Shown piece by piece: positions 1 through 9,689 of a DNA stretch of 64,000 nt. Source of the DNA: Methanobacteriota archaeon (GTDB lineage: Archaea > Halobacteriota > Bog-38 > Methanoflorentales > Methanoflorentaceae); the NCBI GenBank assembly GCA_963720465.1, contig OY970393.1, positions 384,001-448,000 on the forward strand. The letters are read 5' to 3'. The notes below the pieces were generated by a model. That model saw nothing but the letters and a program-made list of their open reading frames with translations, was not told where the DNA came from and made no database searches. The position numbers and the translations under genes are program-made. Position 1 is the stretch's first letter; each line of letters starts with the position of its first letter.

Positions 1-999
1 CGCGATAGCATTGCTCGATTCCCTGAGGAAAATCCCGATCCCGTGCTTCGCATCGGCTCTGCCGGGCAAATCCTCTATGCAAACGCGGCAGCCGAAGCCC
101 TATTGCAGGCGTTGGATCACCGTAAGGATGATGCCATTCCCACAGAGTGGATGACATCGGTGGACGAAACATACAGGCGCAGGAAGCTGCTCACCGAAGA
201 CATCATGGCAGCATCGCGCGTGTTCCAGATGCGCTTCGTACCGGTGCCCGACGAAAGCTATGTGAACGTTTACGGCATGAATATTACCGCGCTAAAACAG
301 GCAGAAAAAGCACTTGAAGACGCGCAACATCTCGCAGGTGTCGGCGAAACGGCAGCGATGATCGGGCACGATCTCCGCAACCCTCTGCAGGTACTCCAGT
401 ACATCGTCGATCTCCAGAAGCTGCGCGTCGAACGCCTCTCTCCTGATCAGCGTAATTCTGACGAATGGAAGAAACAAGCCCAGCTCTTTGACAAGATAAG
501 CGAACAGGTTTTTTACATGGATAAGATCGTCGGCGACCTGCAGGACTATGCCCGTCCGATTACGCCAGAGTACGAAGCGCTCTCGGTTGGTAAGCTCATC
601 AACGATGTGCTTGAATCGACCCCCCATGCCGAAAGCGTGCGCATCGCCACAGACATCCCTGATCTACAGATGATGGCTGATCCGCATCTCATGCACCGTG
701 TGTTCGCCAACCTCATCCTAAACGCGCTTCAGGCGATGCCCGAGGGAGGGACGCTCACTATCATTGTCTCTGCCTTCGATCACGCGGTTGTTATAAACGT
801 CCACGACACTGGTGTCGGCATTCTAGAGGAGATGAAAGACAAGCTCTTCTCACCGCTGATCACCGGCAAAGCAAAGGGCACTGGGTTGGGGTTAGCAGTC
901 GTGAAACGGATAGTCGACGCTCATGGCGGAACGATTGCCTTCGAGAGTGAAGCGGGTAAGGGCACGACGTTCACAGTACGATTGCCATTGAGCTCTTGA
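1..999 (+). CDS. PAS-domain sensor histidine kinase (5' partial)
   Basis: Frame is open from base 1 (RDSIARFPEENPDPVLRI, PAS-like). H-box MIGHDLRNPL, N-box NLILNALQAM, G-boxes DTGVGI and GTGLGL. Confidence 0.92.
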   Translation, partial: RDSIARFPEENPDPVLRIGSAGQILYANAAAEALLQALDHRKDDAIPTEWMTSVDETYRRRKLLTEDIMAASRVFQMRFVPVPDESYVNVYGMNITALKQAEKALEDAQHLAGVGETAAMIGHDLRNPLQVLQYIVDLQKLRVERLSPDQRNSDEWKKQAQLFDKISEQVFYMDKIVGDLQDYARPITPEYEALSVGKLINDVLESTPHAESVRIATDIPDLQMMADPHLMHRVFANLILNALQAMPEGGTLTIIVSAFDHAVVINVHDTGVGILEEMKDKLFSPLITGKAKGTGLGLAVVKRIVDAHGGTIAFESEAGKGTTFTVRLPLSS

Positions 1000-1346
1000 C
1001 TGCAGAGTCGAAAGAATTATGCCGTCCTGAATTCGATCTGGCCCCAATATCTCATATAGATGTCATAGACAGGCTCCGGCAACGGATGTTTGCAGTGCTT
1101 GCTTTCAATTCTGCGGACTCAGTGCGTCATAGCTATTCTCGACTAAAGCAGAACTAGAAAAAAATTAGCGACCAAACAAAAGTTCATTTCGTCTGGCCGC
1201 AGAGTTGCGGTCCGAAATTACCGCTTCGTTTCTTCCATTGCTTCTGCTCAGGCAGCGGGGCTTGAAGTCATGAAAAGAGCTTGCAGCCCAGTAAAAAAGC
1301 GGTAGCTTCTGCTAAGGTGTAGGTTGCTTAATTTATAATCGAAGAG

Positions 1347-2174
1347 TTAAGGAGAGGCTCCGTTTCTGCATACCCCTTTTTTCGCCCTTAAATAACTCTT
1401 TTGAATCACGCTTGTATTGCCTCTTAACAACACGGGGTAAAGGCTGAAGTGCTTCGCACATCTGTCAACGTTTGCGTCAAAGTCTGACTCATAGGAAAGA
1501 CCGGTATCCACTTTGGCGATCTTCTTAAATCGCGCATGCTTCATTAACGTGAAGTCCTCGCTTAGATCTTGCCACTGAGCAGCAACCATGGGCGTCAAAA
1601 ACAGCATGATGTTGTTGTTGGTGAGCATGTTCGCATATGCCTGATTCCCACCAAGCGCAAGGGCGATGCAGTCATCAACCGTTGCCCCGTCGTCGTCGGC
1701 GAGGAAGAAAAGTTGACATGTACTGCCGTTGAAATCGTGCTCGAGAGTCCTAAGGGCATCACAAATCCCATAGAGCACAAAGATCCCGTCTGAAAAGTTT
1801 GACATGCGCTCGATCTGGTGGTATACCTCTTGCTTAAGGAGCTTGCTATCGACGTGAAGCCTCAACGGAAAAACGTGGACAACGACAGCAAGATCGTCTC
1901 CGCTTCGACGGCGAAGCAGCTGCTGAAGAACGCCACGTCTTTTTGTCAAATGTCCGCTAGAATGCGCCCCTTGTCTATGCTTCTTAACGAGATTAAAGGC
2001 CCCTTCAAAATCCTTAATAAGAAATGGGCGGTTCTGTGATCGTAACTTTCGTGCTAGCTCTTGCTGTTCTGTGCTGTCAACGATAACAAGCTGCTTGATG
2101 TCGTCGTCATCGGCAAGAACAGAGGTGAGCTCATCTTCGAGCATTCTGCATGAAATGATACTTAAGATGGGAAT
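1347..2174 (-). CDS. DUF1638-like protein
   Basis: Motifs LYGIC, VDDCIALALGG, FLTP and KVDTGLSY. Family-like N-terminus (PILSIISCRMLEDEL) extends in frame to an ATT at 2174 with AGGTGA upstream. Confidence 0.7.
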   Translation of the reverse strand: MPILSIISCRMLEDELTSVLADDDDIKQLVIVDSTEQQELARKLRSQNRPFLIKDFEGAFNLVKKHRQGAHSSGHLTKRRGVLQQLLRRRSGDDLAVVVHVFPLRLHVDSKLLKQEVYHQIERMSNFSDGIFVLYGICDALRTLEHDFNGSTCQLFFLADDDGATVDDCIALALGGNQAYANMLTNNNIMLFLTPMVAAQWQDLSEDFTLMKHARFKKIAKVDTGLSYESDFDANVDRCAKHFSLYPVLLRGNTSVIQKSYLRAKKGVCRNGASP

Positions 2175-2194
2175 GTGGGGTCACCTTGTGAACA

Positions 2195-3219
2195 CTACTT
2201 TTTTCCAATACTAGATATAAACATTATAAACCTGCTCAGACAGCGGATGCCGGTAATTGCTCCACTCGATCCACACGCCATGCGTAAGAATTTAGGCGCG
2301 ATAAGATTCATTCCACCGCACTATGTCGCCGTGCTGCTCAGCGAACTTTCGTAGATCTGACGTGACAAAGTGGCTATTGCATCGTGCTAAGGGAATCCGC
2401 CGCTTCTGCAGCCACTTGCGGAAGCTTTCCAAGATAAACATCGATTCGGCGCCTTCTCTGCCATCGGACAGACCCTCCATTACATCCGCAGCTTGCGGGT
2501 GTACAGGCGCATAATGTTCCATCTTGATTTTGTCTTGTGCGGGTTCGACGTGGACAACCGGTTTCTCAAGCTCCAGCTTCCCTAAACTGTTCAACCCTCA
2601 ACTGTTTTATCGCACTGTAAGGGCGTTGACTCGTAAAAGCCCCGTACAACACAACCCCTGCAAACTGCCGAGCATCTTCTTCGTCGATCGAACCGTGTAA
2701 CATCTGCTGCTTGATAACAGCCAGCGTGTGCTCAATACCGTCTTTTGTGATCACTTGCGCCGTCATTTTCTTCTTTATCTTACGCACCCTTGGTTTCTCA
2801 AGAAACATGTCGAAAGCTAGGTAGCGAGGATCGAGTGTCAGCTTCGCCTGATACTTCAAGAAGCCCTTAGTAAAATTCAGCACCTTGTTTTGAGCGTAGA
2901 AGTCATCGTACTTCTTGAACAGAACCGTACGAAGCTGTTTCAAGCTACCTTTGCTGATCGAACCCTTGGTATGTGACCAGAACACCTCTGCAGCTTTCTT
3001 GATTCAGGCGCTGGACTTGTGCGTTAATCCAGCCGTTCGCCGCGTGGGATAGCTATCAAGCTCCTTCTTCGTATACTTGAACTTCAAGGTCGCCAGCGTT
3101 TCACTCTTTGGAGGCTTTAATTCTGCAAGATGAATATTAGTTTCTTGAGCTTCAAACAGTAAACGAGCTTCCATAAGCTGTCGAGGCTCCGACTCGGGTT
3201 CAAATCCCGACTCGGGCGC
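2195..3219 (-). pseudogene. SSV-type split tyrosine integrase, int(C) part, pseudogenised
   Basis: Reads APESGFEPESEPR (antisense tRNA arm)...QRPYSAI...QDKIKMEHYAPVHP...DLRKFAEQHGD...ILTHGV..EW..YRHP. Stops at 3004-3006 and 2292-2294; frameshift near 2580. Confidence 0.8.
3178..3218 (+). mobile_element. att site: 3' half of tRNA-Asp(GTC)
   Basis: CT-GTC-GA anticodon loop, GGCTC, T-arm TCGGG-TTCAAAT-CCCGA and acceptor strand CTCGGGC-G. The 5' half is absent. Confidence 0.8.
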
Positions 3220-3372
3220 TCCTTTTTTGCTTTTGCGGAGCGTCTAATTGAGAAAACAATATGACTTCAAAGCACCGAACTACGCGCATTAACGCGAGAC
3301 ACTGCGTGTTTGATCGCCGCTTTTTCTAGGCCAACCTATATCTATTATTTGGCTCACATGCGTTTTTGATAA

Positions 3373-4209
3373 TTGATGACCAGTGACGACGAGTTTACCA
3401 GCCGTTTGATTGGTTTTGGTCTCAGTGAAAAGGAGGCACAGCTGTATTTGCACTTGCTCAAGTACGGCCCAAAGTCTCCGTCCCCCATCGCCAAATCGCT
3501 GAAGACGTATCGGGAGGACGTGCATCGTACACTCACCAGTCTTATCGAGAAAGGCATGGTGCGCCCCTCGCTCGACGCGCCCACCATCTACGCTGCGGTT
3601 GATCTTGATGCAGCGCTCGAAGCCGCGCTGAAAAAGCACGAGAGCGAACTTCGCGAGATGGAGGCACGAAAGCGGGAGCTGCAGCAGCTCTCGCAACAAC
3701 AACAATTCAGGCCCTCCGATGAAGTCGCCACGTTCAAGATCCTCAAGACTATGAAAGAACTCCTCGCTGTCAGCGCGCCAGTAATTGACGAGATGCAAAA
3801 GGAATGGCTGATGGTGACTCCTGCTTATTTGAGTGTCATAGCCTCCCGCTTTGGAGTCAACGACGCTGCGTCTGCGTTTATCAAGCGCGGCGGAACGGTG
3901 CGAGTCATCATCGACATTTCGCATCAATATATTGAACCGGTGCGAGAGATGATAGCCATCGGTGAAGAAGTGCGCCACGTAGATCAACATGGGATCACGT
4001 TCACCGTATACGATAGAAGAATCTCTATATCCACGATCAACAGAGAAGTCGAGAGCTTCTCTCTCGAAGCGCCCATCTGTGCACTCTGGACCGACGACCC
4101 CGCCTACGCTGCGTACCTCGCCTCCACATTTGAGATGCTATGGGCACAGGCAGTTCCGGCAGAAGAGCGAATACGCGAGCTTTTGGAACAGGCGCCCCCG
4201 CAGGCATAA
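3373..4209 (+). CDS. TrmB-family transcriptional regulator
   Basis: N-terminal wHTH (FGLSEKEAQLYLHLLKYGP...LIEKGMV), coiled coil, and C-terminal effector domain ending FEMLW. Confidence 0.88.
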   Translation: MMTSDDEFTSRLIGFGLSEKEAQLYLHLLKYGPKSPSPIAKSLKTYREDVHRTLTSLIEKGMVRPSLDAPTIYAAVDLDAALEAALKKHESELREMEARKRELQQLSQQQQFRPSDEVATFKILKTMKELLAVSAPVIDEMQKEWLMVTPAYLSVIASRFGVNDAASAFIKRGGTVRVIIDISHQYIEPVREMIAIGEEVRHVDQHGITFTVYDRRISISTINREVESFSLEAPICALWTDDPAYAAYLASTFEMLWAQAVPAEERIRELLEQAPPQA

Positions 4210-4329
4210 ACCAAGCTTCACTTCGGAAATGCCCATCTTGCTTAATTCTGGGAGACTTTTTTAGCTGATCTGAAGTTACGTAGATGGTGTCACGTACCTT
4301 TATAAACTTAGAGCTCCTGCAGCTTTTTA

Positions 4330-4794
4330 ATGGCACGCGAGATAACCATTAAAAACGTCAAGGATGCCTTAGCCGCAGGTTCAAATATTATAGAATCTGC
4401 GCAGAACGAAGTGGTGTGGATTCTCCCACCTAACTACTTGGCTTACTCGTTTCAATTCAGCATACCTGAGAAGTCCAAAATGCTGATTGAAAAAGGTGGA
4501 CGCGTACGAGGGATCACCAAGATTTCAGGAGCCTATCTTGATCCTGTGCGCAAACTCTTGGACAGCGGCGAAGAATTACGCCACATCGATCAGTTTCCGG
4601 GAGCGTTTATGCTCGTCGGAGATAACAAAGAAAGCATCAGTTCGATGAACATAAATGCCGAGAATCTTACGCTTGACGATCCGACAGTGGCCCTCTGGAC
4701 CGATAATAAAGCCCAAGCCGAGTTCCTCACGACCACTTTCGAGACTGCGTGGAACGAAGCAGTGGATGCAAAAAAGCGGCTGAGAGAACTGTAA
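4330..4794 (+). CDS. Stand-alone TrmB C-terminal (effector)-like domain protein
   Basis: Paralogous to the C-half of 3373-4209 (KGGRVRGI, GEELRHID, ALWTDN, FETAW). No HTH. TTTATAAA upstream. Confidence 0.75.
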   Translation: MAREITIKNVKDALAAGSNIIESAQNEVVWILPPNYLAYSFQFSIPEKSKMLIEKGGRVRGITKISGAYLDPVRKLLDSGEELRHIDQFPGAFMLVGDNKESISSMNINAENLTLDDPTVALWTDNKAQAEFLTTTFETAWNEAVDAKKRLREL

Positions 4795-4949
4795 AGCGCA
4801 GCACAGCAATCATTGCATCGATCAACGCGTCCATTCCACCAAGAACGCATGGATTATGGGTCTTGCAGTCAGGGGCAAAGAAACGAGTGCCTCGTTTAGT
4901 CTTCCTAAACCAATTAAATAGAGGAATTGTACTGCAGCGTCCTTGCGGA

Positions 4950-5644
4950 GCTTGTTCACATCTAGCAGCAACCAAGCGGCAGGCAACCACATCACAAACG
5001 ACCAACGACAGCAAATATTACGGCTTCTGCTTCAGCATCTGCTTCGGTAACGCCATCAGTAACGCCATCCGCTACACCATCCGCAACGCCGAATGCAACT
5101 CCAACGCCGACCTCCTCGCAGATAGCTATCTGAAAGTCTGATAATCATTTTCCAGCAGCCGCACCTACGGCGCGATTCTGAACACTCAAGATATAAGGTC
5201 ATGAGCAAACAAACCAAGAAGCACGGTTAAAACGTGAGCCGATAACGAACGCAGCGAACGCAGTGGTTCTCCTTCTCATTCTGCTTGTGGCCTTCAGCGC
5301 CGCGCGCCTGGTATTATGGGCGTGGTGGACTCGCATCCGCAGGGCGAGGATGAATAGATACGACGAACGGTGGTTAAAAAGATGACCTTTAATGTTCAGC
5401 GTGTTGTAGGGCACCCTTAGAACCGTAATCACGGGTAGTGTGTGCAGTCACGTCAACGGGTGGCTACGGGGGTTATAGCTTCCTTGAGAACGTAGCCCTC
5501 GGCCAGCATGAGGTTGCCGTAAGCTTTCTAGGAAACGCGCAATACGGGCCTTTGACGTTTACCGGATATTTTAGCGTCGTAACGTACCTGACGTCGCGAC
5601 GCCTACCAACACCAACCAGCTACATCACAGATAGCAATTCTTAA
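4950..5644 (+). pseudogene. Decayed surface/lipoprotein remnants (Ser/Thr/Pro linker plus Ig-like fragment)
   Basis: ASASASASVTPSVTPSATPSATPNATPTP linker at ~5015-5115. The fragment HEVAVSFLGNAQY resembles HQVRVSFYGDASY in 61307-61795. Confidence 0.4.
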
Positions 5645-5699
5645 GCTTCATTGACCCCTTCCTACGTATTTGTTTTTACTTATAAGGGGATGAAGTATA

Positions 5700-5831
5700 A
5701 TGACAAAGGAGTGCATGACGTGTGCGCACTTCAAGCCCGGCGATGACGGCTTCAGGTGCGAGCTTGAGCTTCAAATGCCAACGGAGTCCAGCAAGACGTG
5801 CTCGGCTTGGGAAATCTGGCATGGTGAATAA
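5700..5831 (+). CDS. 43-aa four-Cys micro-protein (putative Zn/Fe-S)
   Basis: MTKECMTCAHFKPGDDGFRCELELQMPTESSKTCSAWEIWHGE, with TTATAA and GGGGATGA just upstream. Below the ORF-track size cut-off. Confidence 0.55.
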   Translation: MTKECMTCAHFKPGDDGFRCELELQMPTESSKTCSAWEIWHGE

Positions 5832-6003
5832 CTTTTGATTTATGGATTAGCTCCCGCGGTGACGTTTTGACGCGATTTATACATGGCGCGAGTGCGAAGC
5901 GCTGCAGCGCCTGCACCTCCTCCTTAAATACGTTCGGCACGATAATGCATCACTCTTTCTTGGGGCTTTACACCGAGCGATGCCGGGGTGTCCGGCCCTT
6001 CTA

Positions 6004-6267
6004 TCTTGCGGAGTCGGAGCCTGTATAAGGCCTCTCTGACATGCTTTTGTCCAATCTGTCCTGCGAGGCCTTCTAAGTGCTAAATATCAAGTATCTTTGG
6101 GGCAAACTCTGCTAAGTGGTGAGATCAGGCATTTTTAGCCGAAAATAACAAAGATGATCGCCGCTCCAGAGCTGCGGATCTCACATCATCCATCTTGCTT
6201 TACGCGGGCAATCGCTTATTCGAATGCCGCCCTGTCAGAGCCTCTATAGGGCTCCCACTCTTCAAGA
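6004..6267. repeat. Imperfect ~38-bp inverted repeat pair (MITE-like)
   Basis: 6004-6041 tcttgcggagtcggagcctgtataaggcctctctgaca versus reverse complement of 6233-6267 tcttgaagagtgggagccctatagaggctctgaca. Confidence 0.45.
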
Positions 6268-6417
6268 CGATGTTCACATTATAGAAGAAGGGAAGGGAGC
6301 GCGCATAGGCAGGTGAGCACACTTATGTACGCGTGGATGTACGCGCACATCATCATGCAATAATCACTTCTTTCCTGGTACTGGACATACCAGCACTACT
6401 ATACAACGGGGTGAAAA

Positions 6418-6650
6418 ATGAAAGTAGTATTCGGTGATGAAGAATTTTCGTATCAGCTTGTCAGAGCGCTTGAGTGCGCGCCATACAAAGGGGCAGATAT
6501 AAGGGAGTGCTTACAAACAGCGTATGGCATAATTGAAGGAGATTTTGAGAGTTGGCATCGCGAATGGCTCAAGACGGCAGAACGCATCTACGCAACAGCA
6601 GAAACAAGCTTGAAAACCGGCAACAACAAGAGTGCGAAAGAGAGGCGACT
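6418..6650 (+). pseudogene. Truncated alpha/beta hydrolase (S9/peptidase-like) N-terminus
   Basis: GADIRECLQTA..I.EGDFESWHREWLKTAERI is typical of the family N-terminus. Similarity ends after SAKE and the catalytic domain is missing. Confidence 0.65.
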
Positions 6651-6764
6651 CCTTGCTATCCTCTGTTTTTCATTTTTTGCCTCTGCCTCTCGCATCATGA
6701 TTCACTCCTTTTGTTTAACACAGAGGGCTTGGGCCCATTCAGATGCTTACAGCAGAGCCAAAGC

Positions 6765-6797
6765 AAAAAAAAAAGAAGCCAGGTCATCCCTGGCTTA
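6765..6797 (-). terminator. Hairpin plus poly-T terminator
   Basis: Minus strand AAGCCAGG-GATGA-CCTGGCTT followed by C and a long T run. Conserved at 11383-11411. Confidence 0.7.
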
Positions 6798-7033
6798 AAT
6801 CGAATTCGATTTTAACTTTTGCGGTTGCCCTGATTAATGACTGATCCTATCAGGTCGCTCGTAAGCGATGATCGTTTGCGAATCACTGATATCAGGGCAC
6901 TCGCTTTTTTTTCTTTTCTCCAATGCTCCCAGTTTTTGTAGCAGCGCCTACAGCTGAGATCAACTGTAGGCACTCGCCGTCGCTTTTACAGCAGGGCTGT
7001 ATCACGACCTGCTGTCATCGCTCGTAGACTTGC

Positions 7034-7597
7034 TTAGCTCTTCGCGATTGCTGTTGCGTTGCCCCAGGCCACGGCAGGGCTAGTGTTGATGTCTTTGATG
7101 ACGATGTTGCTGTTGACAGCAGTGTTGCTCTGGCCGGTTTGGATCGGGGCGCCTACCGTACCGTCATCGACTGGCAGCCGACGGACGGTGTTGTTGTCGC
7201 CAGTAACTGATTGGGTGTTTGTCTGGATGATTGTCTGCGTGGATGCAGCTGCTTGGCTGTTTCCACTCGCGCTCGCGGCCGCGCCACCCTTGGCAGCGAC
7301 TGCGGCTGCAGGCGTAACGACTGTCTTAACGGGCATTGGCTTCCAGATGGGCATCGCCCAGACTGCTTTGACCGCACAGCACTGAGTGACGACGCAGCAC
7401 GCGACTGTTGGACAGCAGCACGTCGTGGGGCAGCAGCTGCTGCAGCACGTTGAGGTCACGCAGCTCGTGCACTGAGCGCAGGTCGTGGCAGCGCAGGTGC
7501 TTGTCGTGGCCTTGGCGGCGCACTGGGCTGAAACTGTGCCCGTCGCTGCAAGTGCCACAAAAGCGAGCACTAATAGAGAAACGATAACTTTCTTCAT
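7034..7597 (-). CDS. Secreted Cys-rich protein, copy A
   Basis: Signal peptide MKKVIVSLLVLAFVALAATGTVSA; 16 Cys in ~50 aa; Ala linker; T/Q/N-rich C-terminus. GGAGATGA SD and BRE/TATA (AAAAAGCCTTATAA) upstream; duplicated. Confidence 0.85.
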   Translation of the reverse strand: MKKVIVSLLVLAFVALAATGTVSAQCAAKATTSTCAATTCAQCTSCVTSTCCSSCCPTTCCCPTVACCVVTQCCAVKAVWAMPIWKPMPVKTVVTPAAAVAAKGGAAASASGNSQAAASTQTIIQTNTQSVTGDNNTVRRLPVDDGTVGAPIQTGQSNTAVNSNIVIKDINTSPAVAWGNATAIAKS

Positions 7598-7612
7598 GAT
7601 TCATCTCCTCTT

Positions 7613-7753
7613 AGGCTAACCGAGTTTCGGCTAACGTTTTTTCATTAAAGCAAATTATTATAAGGCTTTTTCGATTCTCACGTCATTTACTCGGTCTTGC
7701 GGGCGTAGCGGTGCTGAGTGAGGACTAAAAACACCGATCAACTCGGTTAGCCT
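7613..7753. promoter_or_regulatory. Promoter of Cys-rich gene A flanked by a perfect 14-bp inverted repeat
   Basis: aggctaaccgagtt (7613-7626) and aactcggttagcct (7740-7753), with the TATA box at ~7658-7665 between them. Confidence 0.5.
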
Positions 7754-7930
7754 CGCGTTTTGATGCTGCTTACGCGACTACTCACAAGATGCCGGGGTCC
7801 GGCTGACTTGCCTGTGAGAAAATCACTTCAATCATCTAATCAGGACTACAGCGTACGGTTTAAAACAATGACGACACATTGCCACAATGTGAGACAACAT
7901 GTCAATGGAGAATATTCTTATGGCTGAGAC

Positions 7931-8610
7931 GTGACATTTTGTGCGGCCTGTGGTCGCAAAGTCGCTTTAGACCCGCGCTTCCGTGCTTGGTGCGGCGCTG
8001 ATCTAGGCGCTCCTGAAAAACAGAATGTCCAACGAGACGCGGTCACGGGAGAGGCCGCAGTCGGTTGGGCGTCCGGCGTGGTTATCAGCAATAAGTGGGG
8101 CATTGGTAATCGAATGCTGCTATTCACAACAGCCGGACGGTGGTGGCGTACTCCAGCGAACGGGCGAACGCAGTAGTGCGATATAAAGACGAGCTCCACC
8201 GGAACGAATGGCAAGCAGAGCGAATGGCTTTTGACGCAGAGGCAATCAAAATGCTCTCTGAATACGCTCCGGCACAAGAACTGCATGATGATCGACCTGT
8301 ATTTGGAAACACACGAATAATTGATGAACTCCTCTCCGAGAATAAGACAAACGCCATTCTTCATTCAGAGATTGCACAACTTCGCGTCAAACTGCCCAGT
8401 GTGTTACATAGGGGAATAGTGACTCTCACAACGGCACAAGGAGAGAACGTTTTCAGGATTCTACAAAAGGCCACCCCAATAAAAGCACTATCTTCTTCGA
8501 AGCAGGGCATTCCACGCTTAAATCCGTACCCAGCTGATTGGGAATTCCTGAAGTCTCCGCCTCCTAAATTAGCTGGGAAACTGTGGTTGAAGGCCCGCTG
8601 CGTTACGTAA
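7931..8610 (+). pseudogene. Zinc-ribbon-domain protein, frameshifted
   Basis: FCAACG...FRAWCG (degenerate double CxxC) in 7931-8176 overlaps and apparently continues into ORF 8140-8610 in another frame. Confidence 0.5.
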
Positions 8611-8875
8611 GGGGACAAAGGCCAGTGGCACATAGCGGAATCAAAACGCTAGGCTTAAAACTGAGCTGAGTGGGGTATTTCTCACTTATGAATAGGCTGC
8701 GATCGCTCCCTGAACACCTTGTACCTTCTCCTTCAACACGTGAACACGACGAGGCATCAATCTTTCTTGGGGCTATACGCTGAGCGACGATTCAGCGGGT
8801 AAACTTCATTAAACGAACAACGCATACCAAAGCAGTCTAAAGCGGTACGCAGACTGTCTGTGGGAGAAAGAGAAC

Positions 8876-9649
8876 ATGAGAAAACACCTCATTTTAGTGC
8901 TCGTTGTGATAGCGGGTGCAACGGTTATGATCGCAGGATGCACATCATCGTCAAGCCCGAGTCCGAGCCCGAGCGCAAGTGCAACGACAACGGCCGTTAG
9001 TAGCGCAACGGTCGCTGCTGACGCAGCAGCCGCGCTTGGTGGTAACGCAAGTAATGCAACCAACCTCACCGCCGTGCAAGGGCAGAATTTTATGATCCAA
9101 CTGCCATCGAATTCATCGATCGGCAACGGCAACCACTGGGCGCTGTCCCTTTATGACGCCTCGTCCGTAACGTTGGTCAATCAAACGTACGTGGGCGGCA
9201 GCGTATCAGCGCCCGGACCGCGCGCCGACGTATTCACCTTCCAGGGAACTAAGACCGGAACCAGTGTCATTACGTTCAACTGCGTAAGCCCTACCAACCA
9301 AATTGAAAACACCGTGAAGTACACGATTAATTGTACAACGCTCAATGTGCCCACGGTGAACGCAGTATATATCTCACACGGCCAGGACTTTGCGATCCGG
9401 CTGCCATCGAATCCATCGACCGGCTACCACTGGGAGCTGTCCCTCTATGACAACTCGACCCTTAAGTTGGTCAATCAGACCTTTGCGAGCAACGTCAGCA
9501 CATCGAGCACAGTTGTCGGGGCGGGCGGCACAGACGTGTTCACCTTCCAAGCAACTCAGGCGGGAACCGGTGGCATCGCGTTCAGCGAGATGAGCCCAGC
9601 GAACCAACCAACAAGCGCAGTCGTTTATTCGGTGGTCATCGCGTCGTAA
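8876..9649 (+). CDS. Lipoprotein with two I42 (chagasin-like) protease inhibitor domains
   Basis: Lipobox IAGC; Ser/Pro linker; two repeats, the second with LPSNPSTGYHW, VGAGG and FTFQA. Confidence 0.85.
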   Translation: MRKHLILVLVVIAGATVMIAGCTSSSSPSPSPSASATTTAVSSATVAADAAAALGGNASNATNLTAVQGQNFMIQLPSNSSIGNGNHWALSLYDASSVTLVNQTYVGGSVSAPGPRADVFTFQGTKTGTSVITFNCVSPTNQIENTVKYTINCTTLNVPTVNAVYISHGQDFAIRLPSNPSTGYHWELSLYDNSTLKLVNQTFASNVSTSSTVVGAGGTDVFTFQATQAGTGGIAFSEMSPANQPTSAVVYSVVIAS

Positions 9650-9689
9650 GTCCCCCCTTTGCTTGACGCCTCTTCGTACTCCGTGTAGA

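Larger units (their letters stand above)
6757..7677 (-). repeat. Copy A of ~0.9-kb duplicated unit (promoter, Cys-rich gene, 3' UTR, terminator)
   Basis: High nucleotide similarity to 11378-12305 across coding and non-coding parts. Confidence 0.9.

Noticed and set aside
3178-3218. Functional tRNA-Asp gene
   Set aside because: Only the 3' half is present, so it is treated as an att site.
6011-6022. 12-bp match to the antisense of the tRNA-Asp fragment as a second att site
   Set aside because: Too short to distinguish from chance, and no T-arm.
6830-6892. C/D box sRNA on the plus strand (ATGA/CTGA motifs)
   Set aside because: Boxes and putative guides are not conserved between copies, and G-U pairs favour the minus strand.
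6975-7030. Hammerhead or SECIS in the Cys-rich 3' UTR (GCGAUGA-stem-UAAA)
   Set aside because: The core differs from CUGANGA/GAAA, and there is no in-frame UGA in either ORF.
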